A stretch of 64,000 bases of DNA from contig JBBIQV010000009.1 of assembly GCA_037442105.1 (NCBI GenBank), positions 1 to 64,000 of the forward strand, written 5' to 3'. Positions 30,170-39,615 of this stretch are shown one piece after another (within the stretch, counting starts at the first letter, position 1; the number at the start of each line of letters is the position of its first letter). Made by a program: the position numbers and the translations under genes. Source of the stretch: Nitrospiraceae bacterium (GTDB taxonomy: Bacteria > Nitrospirota > Nitrospiria > Nitrospirales > Nitrospiraceae). The notes under the pieces were generated by a model, which saw nothing but the letters and a program-made list of their open reading frames with translations, made no database searches and was not told the origin of the DNA.

Positions 30170-31176
30170 GCGCGGCAAGGCTGCAAGTCATGGGATTGGT
30201 GGCAGGACTCATCGGAGTGTGGGCGGTTGTTGGAACCGGGGGGTGTTCGCTGTTTCAAAGCGAGCAGGTAAAGAAGGGCCAGGAACTGTACGCCCATTAC
30301 TGCATGCATTGTCATGGAGAGCATGGGCGCCAGAACGAGGGCTTCAATTGGTCCTCCATGTCCGATCCCAAGCCAAAAGATTTGTCCAACAAAGAAGAGA
30401 TGGGGACTTTCAAGGATGAGGATATCTTCAACACCATTTCTCGGGACATGAAGGACACGAGTCCCGGTGGCGACAAGATCGGCGACGACGAGTTCGCGGT
30501 GCCGACGATGCCGACCTTCAAATACACTCTATCTGAAGAAGAAATCTGGGCCATCGTCGGATTTGTCCGTACGCTGCACGGGAGAAAACTGGAGTTCAAT
30601 ATCGAGGAGAGAAAGAAAGAACTCGCCAGCAATCTGCAGGCGGCCCAGCAGAAGTTCGATCAAGCCAAGCAAGCTTACGAAGAAGCCGAAAAAAAGGCCA
30701 GCGAAGAGGCTGAAAAGAAGAACGCCGAAGTGGATGACGCTTCCTATGCCAAGGAACAGCAAGCGATGGCTCAAGCGAAGAAAGAACTTGATGCAACGCA
30801 AGTGGCAATGAACAATTTCTCCACTAGGCCCGGCAAGGGGCTCAATATCCCACGACCGGATCTGAACATCACGCCTGAACAGGCGACGCAACAAGCCGAA
30901 CTTGGGAAGCGGCTCTACATCAATAAGTACGGCTGTAACGGGTGCCACCGGATCGGCGAGGAAGGTGGCCAGGTAGGACCAGCCTTGGATCGGGCCGGTT
31001 TTCGTCTCAACGGGGCATGGATCTATCGGTGGGTCAAGAATCCCCAGGCTATGAAGCCGGAAACAAGAATGCCTGCGCTCGGATTGAGCGATGCTGACGC
31101 GAAAGCGGTCACTGTTTATCTGAACACCCTCCGCATGCAGAAACCGGAAAAGCCGACCGACATGCCGGTCAGTTGA
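30166..31176 (+). CDS. Diheme cytochrome c with a coiled-coil linker
   Basis: CMHCH and CNGCH separated by an Ala/Glu/Lys helical segment. Possible lipobox (GGC). Confidence 0.9.
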   Translation: MSAARLQVMGLVAGLIGVWAVVGTGGCSLFQSEQVKKGQELYAHYCMHCHGEHGRQNEGFNWSSMSDPKPKDLSNKEEMGTFKDEDIFNTISRDMKDTSPGGDKIGDDEFAVPTMPTFKYTLSEEEIWAIVGFVRTLHGRKLEFNIEERKKELASNLQAAQQKFDQAKQAYEEAEKKASEEAEKKNAEVDDASYAKEQQAMAQAKKELDATQVAMNNFSTRPGKGLNIPRPDLNITPEQATQQAELGKRLYINKYGCNGCHRIGEEGGQVGPALDRAGFRLNGAWIYRWVKNPQAMKPETRMPALGLSDADAKAVTVYLNTLRMQKPEKPTDMPVS

Positions 31177-32080
31177 TCAGGACTGGCACAAAGCCGAGGA
31201 CCGTTCCTGCTAGAATGGCCCATCCGATCAGGACGTGCTGTTTGAACATCGCGAAGGCTGTGTCCGGAGCGATCGAGCCTCGTAGTCGCATTACCTGATA
31301 GAGAAACAGCCCTCCAGTCCCACTCAAGGCGTAAAAATACAGCGCACCTACGTGGCTGAAAATTCCCGCTGTGGACAGGAATGCCAGCATGCCGACCAGG
31401 CTGATGCCGACAGCCCACCAGGTGTGCCGGCCGAATGCAATGGCCGATGACTTGACCCCGATGCGGCGGTCGTCCTCCATGTCCTGGATCGCATAGATCG
31501 TGTCATAGGCTATGGCCCAGCAGATTGTGGCCCCGAAGAGACACCAGGCTGGAGCGTCTAAGGAGCCGCGGGCAGCGGCCCAAGCCATCACGGTGCCCCA
31601 ACCGAACGCGATTCCCAACACCGCTTGCGGAATATGCACCACCCGTTTCGCAAACGGGTACAAAGCGGCGAGGGCCACCGCGATCGGACTCAGCAACACG
31701 GTCAGAGGATTGAGCAGCAGCACCAGGCCGGCTGCGGCGGCAAGCAGCAGCACGGCGATGCCCAAGGCTTGTGGTGCGGTCACCTCCCCTGCGGCCAACG
31801 GCCGAGATCGCGTGCGCGAGACCTGTTGATCGAACGCCCGGTCAGCCACATCGTTCAACACGACGCCGGCACTCCGCATCAGGAACGACCCGGCGACGAA
31901 AATCGCCAGGAGTTTGAACGAAGGCCGGCCCTGCGAGGCGAGCACGAGCGACCACAGGGTCGGTAGCATCAGCAGGAATGTGCCGGACTGGTTGGGTAAG
32001 CGGATCAGCCGGCTCACAACCGGCCAGGACAATTTCGGAGGACCGGCTTTGCGAGGCAGGCTGGTCTCCTGGCGTGACAT
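31169..32080 (-). CDS. ubiA: 4-hydroxybenzoate polyprenyltransferase
   Basis: MRSAGVVLNDVADRAFD..RTRSRPL and YDTIYAIQDMEDD aspartate-rich motifs. Confidence 0.92.
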   Translation of the reverse strand: MSRQETSLPRKAGPPKLSWPVVSRLIRLPNQSGTFLLMLPTLWSLVLASQGRPSFKLLAIFVAGSFLMRSAGVVLNDVADRAFDQQVSRTRSRPLAAGEVTAPQALGIAVLLLAAAAGLVLLLNPLTVLLSPIAVALAALYPFAKRVVHIPQAVLGIAFGWGTVMAWAAARGSLDAPAWCLFGATICWAIAYDTIYAIQDMEDDRRIGVKSSAIAFGRHTWWAVGISLVGMLAFLSTAGIFSHVGALYFYALSGTGGLFLYQVMRLRGSIAPDTAFAMFKQHVLIGWAILAGTVLGFVPVLIN

Positions 32081-32226
32081 GGCGGTGACCTTATCAGGTT
32101 CTGCCTGACACGTCTATGCGGTGTCGCTAGTCAATTTCGGCTCGTCCGGTTGTCATGCATATTCGTTTTGGGTATAAACAATTCATTGTGTGTGCCTTCG
32201 CGCCGTTCACGGCGTCTTCTCCCTCC

Positions 32227-34119
32227 ATGAGGTTCTCACACGTTTGCCTCGCGCTGTGCCTGGCGTGTGTGGCCGGCTTGACCGGCTGCAATCTGTTTTC
32301 GAAGCGCGATGGCGTCACCTCCGGTTATTGGCTTCCCCTCGCGGCCCGATTGCGACTGGATTCGAGCATGACCAACGCGGTGTTGGACTACCAGGATGCG
32401 TGCGGGCAGCCAAAAACCTTCCAGATCTCAGCGCAGTTGAAAGAGGCGCTGACGCGGCGCGTCGGCACCGTGTTCGAGCGGCTTCAGACGGACGGCTCTG
32501 GGCCGCTGGCGAAACCACCGGATGGTTACGTGGATGTCGCACTGGGGTTCAAGGAGATGGAACTCTTCGGCGTGCGAAAAGGTAAACGGACCTATCCGGC
32601 CACCATCTCACTCGGCACGGACTTTTCCTTCATCGATACGAACGGCGCGGTACTCCATCAGAAGAAATTACAGGCCGTGGCCAAAGGTGACGTTGAGACC
32701 GACAACGACTCCTGTGACGTGCGAGGACTAGAGAAAGTTGCGGAAGATGCGATTGCCAAGCTGGCCGAAGGAGTCGCAGTGCAACTGGGAGGCGCGACCA
32801 AAATTCGCGAGTTGGCTCAAGCGGCGAAAGGAGCATCTCGCTCGACCGGGACTGCTATAGAGGCTGCTCCACCGCCGTCTGTGCAGGCTCTGCCGGCTTC
32901 ACCAACCGCCCGGTCCGTCGAGGAGTCATCGGGACCGACCAAATTATCCTTCCGCGCGATCATTCGTGATGAGAATCGCAATCAGGTGCTGGAACAGCAG
33001 GAGACCGTGGCGATCGAGATCGAGGTCAAGAATGAAGGGCAGTCGTCGGCCAAGGGAGTGACGGTCTCCATTAGCGGGACGCCCGCGGTGATAGCGAAGT
33101 TTCCCGATTCTGTGGAGATCGGCGATCTGCAGCCGGGCGAGATCAAGCGGGTGACCTCCAGTGCGACGTTGGCTGCTATCAATGATGTAGAACAGGCCGA
33201 ACTGGTGCTCTCCCTCCACGCCTCTTCTCCCAGCGTGCAGATCCCGCCCGCCAAGAAATTCCTTGTGGCGATCCGACCGGACAAAGGAGAAGAGGTGGAG
33301 GTGCTGTCGGTGGATGTGGATCAATTGCCGAAAGCGGGGAAGGGGCTTCTGCAACCTAAAGCCGTCGGCGTGGCAATCGGCGTGGGCAGTTTCAGGGAAG
33401 AGTCCGTCCCGCGGGTCAAATTTGCGGCGCGCGATGCCGAGATTATGGCGGGGTATTTCAAAACCGTATCGGGGATCCCTGTGAATCGCGTGCGGCTGCT
33501 CGTGGACCGCCATGCGTTGAAGGATGACCTGGCCGAGGTATTCGAGGAGTGGCTACCCAAGCAAGTGGATCCGTCCGCGCCGGTGCTGATCTATTTTTCC
33601 GGGCGCGCGATCGTGGACGCGACCACGGGTGCTGTTTCGCTGGTGCCGTTTGATGGGACCACCTCAACGGCGGCGAGGCTGTACTCACTGCGACGCTTGC
33701 AAGGGGCGCTCACCAGATCGGCGGCTCAGCGTGCGATCATCATCCTCGAAGTCTCGCTGGAACCGTCTCCCGGAGCTGATCCAGGACAGAGCGCGGCGCC
33801 TGTGTGGGATGGTGCTGAGTCGGAACCTGGTAAAGAACGCATTCTATGGCTTGTCGGCAACCGTTTGCATCAGGAGGCACATGCGTATGAACAAGGCCGG
33901 CACGGGCTCTTCACATACCATGTGTTCAAGGGCCTCCGTGGCGCGGCCGATGTCGATCATGATGGGATGGTCATTGCCGGAGAGCTGTGTGCGTATGTTG
34001 GGAGTCAGGTGCAGACGGTCGCGAAGAAAGAATTCGGGAATGCACAGGAGCCGGTTTGTGTGCCGAGCGCCGGGCAGGGGGTGCCGGTTCGAATCCTGCC
34101 GTTGGCGAAGGTGAAATGA
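32227..34119 (+). CDS. Lipoprotein with Ig-like and caspase (peptidase C14)-like domains, catalytic dyad degenerate
   Basis: Lipobox LTGC and caspase-fold motifs (VAIGV, DAEIM, HGLFTYHVFKGLRGAAD). YFSGRA and IILEVS replace YFSGHG and IxDxC. Confidence 0.75.
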   Translation: MRFSHVCLALCLACVAGLTGCNLFSKRDGVTSGYWLPLAARLRLDSSMTNAVLDYQDACGQPKTFQISAQLKEALTRRVGTVFERLQTDGSGPLAKPPDGYVDVALGFKEMELFGVRKGKRTYPATISLGTDFSFIDTNGAVLHQKKLQAVAKGDVETDNDSCDVRGLEKVAEDAIAKLAEGVAVQLGGATKIRELAQAAKGASRSTGTAIEAAPPPSVQALPASPTARSVEESSGPTKLSFRAIIRDENRNQVLEQQETVAIEIEVKNEGQSSAKGVTVSISGTPAVIAKFPDSVEIGDLQPGEIKRVTSSATLAAINDVEQAELVLSLHASSPSVQIPPAKKFLVAIRPDKGEEVEVLSVDVDQLPKAGKGLLQPKAVGVAIGVGSFREESVPRVKFAARDAEIMAGYFKTVSGIPVNRVRLLVDRHALKDDLAEVFEEWLPKQVDPSAPVLIYFSGRAIVDATTGAVSLVPFDGTTSTAARLYSLRRLQGALTRSAAQRAIIILEVSLEPSPGADPGQSAAPVWDGAESEPGKERILWLVGNRLHQEAHAYEQGRHGLFTYHVFKGLRGAADVDHDGMVIAGELCAYVGSQVQTVAKKEFGNAQEPVCVPSAGQGVPVRILPLAKVK

Positions 34120-34209
34120 GGGTTGCCGCGGACTCTCTCCATTGATTGACAGCTCTTTCCCCTCCTGAGTAAGATGGGCCCGTTTCGTAACGCAGTTCGC
34201 GTCTCCTGC

Positions 34210-34285
34210 GCCGGCGTAGCTCAGTTGGCAGAGCAGCGGTTTCGTAAACCGCAGGTCGCTGGTTCGATTCCAGTCGCCGGCTCCA
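34210..34285 (+). tRNA. tRNA-Thr (CGT)
   Basis: Acceptor GCCGGCG/CGCCGGC, anticodon arm GCGGT-TTCGTAA-ACCGC, TTCGATT T-loop and CCA. TTGACA...TAAGAT promoter upstream. Confidence 0.95.
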
Positions 34286-34365
34286 CAACCAAGTCCCCAA
34301 ACGTTACATCGAAAGACCCGGCAGAGAACGGTCTCCACCGGGCCTTTCATGTTTTTCCGGCTGTT

Positions 34366-35172
34366 TCAACGGATCGGGGCCGGCTCGCCGGTCGATTTCG
34401 ACTGCGTTACCGAATCCGCGATCGGTACAGTTGTGTCGGTCGAGGGAAGTATTTCGCTCGGAGCGGATCGGCCCTGTGATCCAGGCTTCTCGCTATCGGT
34501 CCCTGAGGAGAGTTCGTGCGCAGCCGGAATCAAATGCGCCGCCCCCACTTTCCGCAATTCCAAGTGCACGCGCCGATTCATCTGCCGGCATGTGTCGCTG
34601 CTATCGGCACAGAGGACTCCTTCTTCGCCGAGGCTCACGACCTTGATGGATGCAGCAGGAACGCCGAGGGCCACAAGCTGCTCCTTCACGTTCTCCGCCC
34701 GCTTCAGGCCGAGCTTCTTGTTGTAACCGGCTGGTCCCTGCTGGTCAGTGTAACCCTGAATCAATACGCCCCAGTCCGCATCCTTCTTCAGGATGTCGGC
34801 TTGAGCCTGGAGCATGGACTTCGCTTCATCCGTGAGGTCCTTGCGCCCGACTTCAAAATAGATGTCCGAATGGACAATGTCCCCGATCGCGGCAGAGGCC
34901 GACGTCTCCACAGCCCTGGTGATGGGCTCGCTGATAGAACCGGTCGCGGTTGCGTTCTTCAGGGCGGTGGAGACCTGCGTGCCGTTGAGTTGTTCCTTCG
35001 AGTTGATCGGCGAAACCGGCTGGTTCTGTGAATACAGCCAAAAGGCTCCGATGACACCCGCCAGAACGAAAACCAATCCGGCGAGCACGTATACATCCTT
35101 CATGTCCTTATTGGGCCCCGCGATGGCGGGGGCGATGTTGCCTGACGCAACTTGCGATGGTGCTTTCTGCAT
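34366..35172 (-). CDS. OmpA/Pal-like peptidoglycan-binding membrane protein
   Basis: N-terminal TM helix, GYTDQQG..YNKKLGLKRAENV and NRRV. Confidence 0.88.
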   Translation of the reverse strand: MQKAPSQVASGNIAPAIAGPNKDMKDVYVLAGLVFVLAGVIGAFWLYSQNQPVSPINSKEQLNGTQVSTALKNATATGSISEPITRAVETSASAAIGDIVHSDIYFEVGRKDLTDEAKSMLQAQADILKKDADWGVLIQGYTDQQGPAGYNKKLGLKRAENVKEQLVALGVPAASIKVVSLGEEGVLCADSSDTCRQMNRRVHLELRKVGAAHLIPAAHELSSGTDSEKPGSQGRSAPSEILPSTDTTVPIADSVTQSKSTGEPAPIR

Positions 35173-35314
35173 GACGGCAATCCTCCTGTGGCAAATGATC
35201 AGTAGTCATTGGTCAATGGTCATGGGGGCAGGAACGTTACCGGATGTTGCCATCGGCCTTTCTCTCACCTCCTTTCCCACCCGTGATCCGCTCGCCCTGT
35301 TGGTGAGCGGCATC

Positions 35315-35330
35315 AGCAACTCAGGTGCCT
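35315..35330 (-). promoter_or_regulatory. Putative sigma54 (-24/-12) promoter for the OmpA gene
   Basis: The minus strand reads AGGCAC-CTGAG-TTGCT, matching TGGCAC-N5-TTGCW, about 140 bp upstream of the gene. Confidence 0.5.
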
Positions 35331-35660
35331 TTGAACGAGATTGAAGAAGAGGGAGAGAATGTCAGAACAATTCAGCAGTTGGAGTTGTGAGCTTTTTGGG
35401 GGTGTGGATGCAGGGAATGAGGGTCCAGCAAGGGGTGCGGGGCTATCCCCGCAGGAGGCACTGCAGATCGATCAGAGTTACGTGGTGGACAAGCGTTGGA
35501 CTTTTCGGTAGGTTCGCCCCTGAAAGGCAGGCCCTAGCAGCCTTAATAGGCTGCTGCATTTGTTTGGCGCGGGATTCTGCATCCTGCGCTTGCCAATAAG
35601 CGGGCGTTGTAGTGGCTATTTGGGGACAGACCGCGAATAATCTGTCTAACTATCGCTTTC

Positions 35661-36392
35661 CTATATTCCCCAGCCTCCACTGATCTGAATATTGGCACCG
35701 TTCACGTACCGTGCTTCATCCGACAATAAGTATCGGACAGCGGAGACCGCGTCCTTCACTTCGCCGACATAACCGGCAGGGATGCGTTTCGTGATACTGG
35801 CCAGTTCCTCGGGGGGGGCGCTGCCGGAGGCGATGAAGCCGGGCGAAATGGCATTCACGGTGATGCCGTGCGGTGCGAGCAGTTTGGCGAGCGTGCGGGT
35901 GAGGATCAGCACACCAGCTTTGGCAATGTAGTGCGCTGTCACGTCCGGTTGTGCGACCATCTGGTCCGCGTTGGCCATGCTGAAGTTGATAATCCGTCCA
36001 TACGTCCTCGCCTTCATACCCGAGGCGACGGTTTGGCTCAGATAGAACACGGGATGCAAGTTCGAGTTGAACATCTCGTTCCACCCTTCCACGGTTTCGT
36101 CCATCAGGTTCACGCGGTGATAGGGGCCGGCACAGTTGATCAGTGCGTCGATCCGTCCCCACTTCTGCTCCACCTGGGTGACGAGATTTGTTGCGGCGGT
36201 TGGGTCTGACACGTCGCAACGCACGGCCAGCGCCTGGCCACCCCGTTCGATGGTGGCCGCGCTAGTCCGTGCTGCTTCCGTTTCGCTGGTTCGGTAGCAG
36301 ATCGCAACCGACCAGTGTTGACTTGCCAAATCCAGCGCAATAGCTCGCCCGATGCCTTTTGCTCCGCCTGTGATGAGTGCCACTCGATTCAT
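35661..36392 (-). CDS. Short-chain dehydrogenase/reductase
   Basis: TGGAKGIG, YIAK catalytic motif and VNAISPG. Confidence 0.92.
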   Translation of the reverse strand: MNRVALITGGAKGIGRAIALDLASQHWSVAICYRTSETEAARTSAATIERGGQALAVRCDVSDPTAATNLVTQVEQKWGRIDALINCAGPYHRVNLMDETVEGWNEMFNSNLHPVFYLSQTVASGMKARTYGRIINFSMANADQMVAQPDVTAHYIAKAGVLILTRTLAKLLAPHGITVNAISPGFIASGSAPPEELASITKRIPAGYVGEVKDAVSAVRYLLSDEARYVNGANIQISGGWGI

Positions 36393-36406
36393 AACGATGC
36401 CTCCCG

Positions 36407-37216
36407 TTAAGTCTGACGCGATCGAAGCCGGTTATCCATTAAGTCCAGGGCTCCGGCCGTCCTAGTTGAGAAGGTGCGGTTCTGCTTGGGCTGTTTCATA
36501 TCCTGGCGGCACTCGTCGATCAAGGCCCGCAGGTCGTCGATCGTATCGATATCTCGCCATGTCGAGAGGAGAGCCGTTTTGAGGCCAAGCGCATCAGCCT
36601 TCTGTCTTGTCAGCGACAGGACCCGTTCCGTGGACCAAGGCATATTGCGAAACAAGTCCGGCTGGGGTCGCGTCAGCCCGATCAAGTAATAGCCGCCGTC
36701 CTGCGCCGGTCCGAGCACAAGGTCATGTTCGGTGAGCAGCGACAGTGCCTGCTGATAGTGCGTCAGCGGTAACGTCGGCACGTCGGTACCGACAATGAGG
36801 ACTTGCTTGTAACCGCGCGAGAAGATCGTACTGAAGACCTGCGCCATCCGCACGCCCAAGTTGTCGCCGACCTGATCCATTAATTGCACTCCATGCCGCT
36901 CTTCCATGATCTTGAAAAACACATGAGCGGCCGCCGGCGCACAGGCCAGAAATCGATCCATCGGAAGATGGAACTTGGTCACCGCGGTTTTCGTCCGCTC
37001 CAGCGTATCCAACACGAAACTGCCGTGGAGCGTTGCGGCTTCATCCGGCGTCAGCGGCGGGCAGAGCCTGGTCTTGACCTGCCCCGGCACCGGCGCTTTG
37101 GCGAAGATGACCAGCGCGCTTTCGGCACGCTGCAGATGAAGGCGTGAAGCTTGGCTAGAGGCGATAGGCGATGGGCGATGGATAAGAGAAAACGATTTCT
37201 GTCGCCCATTGCCCAT
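36407..37216 (-). CDS. TIGR04282/DUF2064-like nucleotidyl/glycosyltransferase
   Basis: FAKAPVPGQVKTRL, GTDVP, LGPAQDGGYYLIG and DIDTIDDL. The N-terminus lies inside a heptamer array. Confidence 0.85.
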   Translation of the reverse strand: MGNGRQKSFSLIHRPSPIASSQASRLHLQRAESALVIFAKAPVPGQVKTRLCPPLTPDEAATLHGSFVLDTLERTKTAVTKFHLPMDRFLACAPAAAHVFFKIMEERHGVQLMDQVGDNLGVRMAQVFSTIFSRGYKQVLIVGTDVPTLPLTHYQQALSLLTEHDLVLGPAQDGGYYLIGLTRPQPDLFRNMPWSTERVLSLTRQKADALGLKTALLSTWRDIDTIDDLRALIDECRQDMKQPKQNRTFSTRTAGALDLMDNRLRSRQT

Positions 37217-37241
37217 CGCCTATTGCCTATACCCATTACCT
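37152..37241. repeat. Inverted 7-mer array (GGCGAT/ATCGCC type)
   Basis: aggcgat aggcgat gggcgat ... gtcgccc attgccc atcgcct attgcct. Confidence 0.85.
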
Positions 37242-37928
37242 GACGCTGGCGTAAAACCGCTGCAGGCGGATTGGGCTCACGCCGAGCCAGTACAGCGCGC
37301 GCAGGGTCCACATCAGCATGATGGTTCGCATTGGGCCGCAGGTCTTCCAGCGGCGATAGGAGGTGGTGACTTTCTCATGAAGCGCGGCCACCCGCCCTGT
37401 CCGTTTGAGTCGTCCGGTGAATTCGATGTCTTCCATCAACGGAATTTCTGCGTAGCCGCCGAGTTGCTCGAAGATCGCTCGGCGGACGAAGATGGTCTGA
37501 TCGCCGGTCGCGATGCCGCTCCAGCGCGAACGGCGATTCATCAACGTGCTGATTACGGAACCGAGCAGGGACCGGTGGTCGAACTGCACATCGAAGCGCC
37601 CGCCAACACAGGCGTTATCACGAAAAGCGTTGGCAACCGCCTGTCTCGCATTGACCGGCAACTCGGTATCCGCGTGCAGAAAGAGCAACACATCGGCTCG
37701 GCTTTCGGACGCACCCCGATTCATTTGTATGGCTCGCCCGGGCGGCGAGTCAACCAGCACGACTCTGGCGCCGGCCGGCGCACATTCTTTTACCACTTCT
37801 CGCGTCCTGTCGGTGCTGCCTCCATCCGCGACGATGATCTGATCGAATCCAAGTGCGACGGTGTGGGCCAAGGTATGCGGGAGGCTGCGTTCTTCGTTGA
37901 GGGTGGGAATGATGACGGTGACCGTCAC
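37236..37928 (-). CDS. TIGR04283-like GT2 glycosyltransferase
   Basis: IIPTLNEE, DGGSTD, GRAIQMNRGA, LFLHAD, TGDQ and PLMED. Start uncertain. Confidence 0.88.
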   Translation of the reverse strand: MTVTVIIPTLNEERSLPHTLAHTVALGFDQIIVADGGSTDRTREVVKECAPAGARVVLVDSPPGRAIQMNRGASESRADVLLFLHADTELPVNARQAVANAFRDNACVGGRFDVQFDHRSLLGSVISTLMNRRSRWSGIATGDQTIFVRRAIFEQLGGYAEIPLMEDIEFTGRLKRTGRVAALHEKVTTSYRRWKTCGPMRTIMLMWTLRALYWLGVSPIRLQRFYASVR

Positions 37929-37939
37929 TGCGCGTGGCG

Positions 37940-38347
37940 TTACTTGTTGGGTTTGGGCTCGCGGAACATGAACCACATCACCACGGCGATGGTGCTCCAA
38001 AACACCACTTGCTTATGCCAGAAGAGCACTTCGCCGTAGTGGAAGAAGGCTAACGCACAGAGCAGGGCGGCCGCCATGACCGAGTAGCGGATGGTGGGAT
38101 TTTCGATCACGGAGTTAGCCCAGATCGCAATGCCCGCGAAATAGAGCAGCAGCGGCACCACATTGATTTCAAACCCGCCGCTGATCGAGAGGAACACGTT
38201 CAGGAAGCCGATGAACATCAGCGCCGTGCCGACCATCATGCCGGCCACATTCAAGTGGATCTCGCTGCTCGCGTCGTTGTCAGGTTGGCGCGGCGGCGAG
38301 CTCTGAGCAGGATCTTTCGAGGGCGGGTCGGTCGGTGCCACGGTCAC
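37940..38347 (-). CDS. Hypothetical 4-TM membrane protein
   Basis: Hydrophobic ORF in the operon. GTG start with a GGAG RBS. Confidence 0.75.
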   Translation of the reverse strand: MTVAPTDPPSKDPAQSSPPRQPDNDASSEIHLNVAGMMVGTALMFIGFLNVFLSISGGFEINVVPLLLYFAGIAIWANSVIENPTIRYSVMAAALLCALAFFHYGEVLFWHKQVVFWSTIAVVMWFMFREPKPNK

Positions 38348-38353
38348 TCCAAA

Positions 38354-38462
38354 AGCAAGTAGCTGGCAGCGAGTAGCGAATAGCTCATACCTGATGATGA
38401 ACTGTCATTGCACTTCAGCGTTGTGCTTTCAGCTATTAGCTGTCCGCTGTTCGCCACTAGCT
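38354..38462. repeat. Inverted 7-mer array (AGCnnnT type)
   Basis: agcaagt agctggc agcgagt agcgaat agct ... agct attagct gtccgct gttcgcc actagct. Confidence 0.85.
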
Positions 38463-39615
38463 AGGGTTTGAAGTGTTTGCTCAACGTGAGCCCTTGCCGC
38501 TGATACGAGGAACCGAGCGCCGTTCCATACAACTGGCTCGGAACGGCGAGCATGTTGTCATATACAACCTTGAAGAAGGTTTGTCCATCATGGATCAGGA
38601 AGGGTACGTCGTGCGGGCGGACTTCCAGCACGACCTGCGTGCCGTGGATCTCGCCTTGGCCATAGCCGAATCCGGGATCGAAAAAGCCGGCATAGTGCGT
38701 CCGGAGTTCGCCGCAGGCCGCTTCGTACGCCACCATTTCGGCGGCATAGCCGGGCGGGACGCGAATTCGCTCCTTGGACGCCAGGATGTAAAATTCTTCG
38801 GGCTCAAGCAGGAGACTGTCTCGCCGGTGCGGGCGGATCGGTTCCCAAAAATCCAGCGCGGCGTAGTGGCCGACTTTGGAAAGATCAATGACGTGGCTGT
38901 TCTTCTTCGCACGGTACCCGATGACCGGCTCACCGTCGCGCTCTACCCCCTTCAAATCGATCCGGAGAAACAACCCGCGTTCCGTTCGGAGGTCACGGCT
39001 ACCGACCGCTTTGGCCGACGGTAGGTTGTGATAGAGAAGCGGTGTGGTCTTGTGCAGCTTCTGGAGTGCGTCGTCCGGCACGGTCGCTTCCCCTTGGATG
39101 AAGCGGATCTGATTGAGCGAATACCCGGTCTTGACCTTGATCGTGAAGGACCGGGGGACCACTTCCAGGTACAAGGGACCGCGATAGCCCGTGCGAATCT
39201 CGTCGAACCCTGCGTTCAAATCCGTCACCACGCGCGTGAAGACATCGAGCCGGCCGGTCGTGCTTTTCGGATTGGCTCGCGCACGCAGGTCTTTCGGCAG
39301 GTGCAGGCTTTCCATCAGCGGCACGAGATAGACATGTCCCTTTTCCAGGATGGCGCCGTTTGTCAGGTCCATCTCGTACATCACAAGGTCGGACTGATAG
39401 AAGTCGAGCACGTTCAGGCGGCTGGTGATATCCGAAAGTTCCGGGAGAAAACTGCTGATGAGGCGATAGGCTTTTCTGCCCAGGCGTAGGTCCAGGCTCG
39501 CCGGCTGGATCTGGCGGTCTTCGATCGGGATCTCCGACTGAATGACGCGGCTGACGATCAGTTTCGTGATGTGTTGAAAGGGAAGGATGCCCTGGACTCG
39601 TACCGGTCGTTTCAC
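38461..39615 (-). CDS. dcd: dCTP deaminase (two-domain type)
   Basis: IQPASLDLRLG, NPKSTTGRLDVF and HYAGFFDPGFG. The GTG start overlaps the kamA stop (GTGA). Confidence 0.88.
   Translation of the reverse strand: MKRPVRVQGILPFQHITKLIVSRVIQSEIPIEDRQIQPASLDLRLGRKAYRLISSFLPELSDITSRLNVLDFYQSDLVMYEMDLTNGAILEKGHVYLVPLMESLHLPKDLRARANPKSTTGRLDVFTRVVTDLNAGFDEIRTGYRGPLYLEVVPRSFTIKVKTGYSLNQIRFIQGEATVPDDALQKLHKTTPLLYHNLPSAKAVGSRDLRTERGLFLRIDLKGVERDGEPVIGYRAKKNSHVIDLSKVGHYAALDFWEPIRPHRRDSLLLEPEEFYILASKERIRVPPGYAAEMVAYEAACGELRTHYAGFFDPGFGYGQGEIHGTQVVLEVRPHDVPFLIHDGQTFFKVVYDNMLAVPSQLYGTALGSSYQRQGLTLSKHFKP

Noticed and set aside
34210..34350. tRNA-Thr (and tRNA-Cys) as island integration sites
   Set aside because: No adjacent integrase, and I saw no duplicated tRNA 3' end in the window.
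36407..37928. Complete arsenosugar or selenium pathway from the TIGR04282/04283 pair
   Set aside because: The partner ArsS-type radical SAM and ArsM genes are absent from the window. The ArsR and methyltransferase 14-19 kb away belong to a separate cassette.
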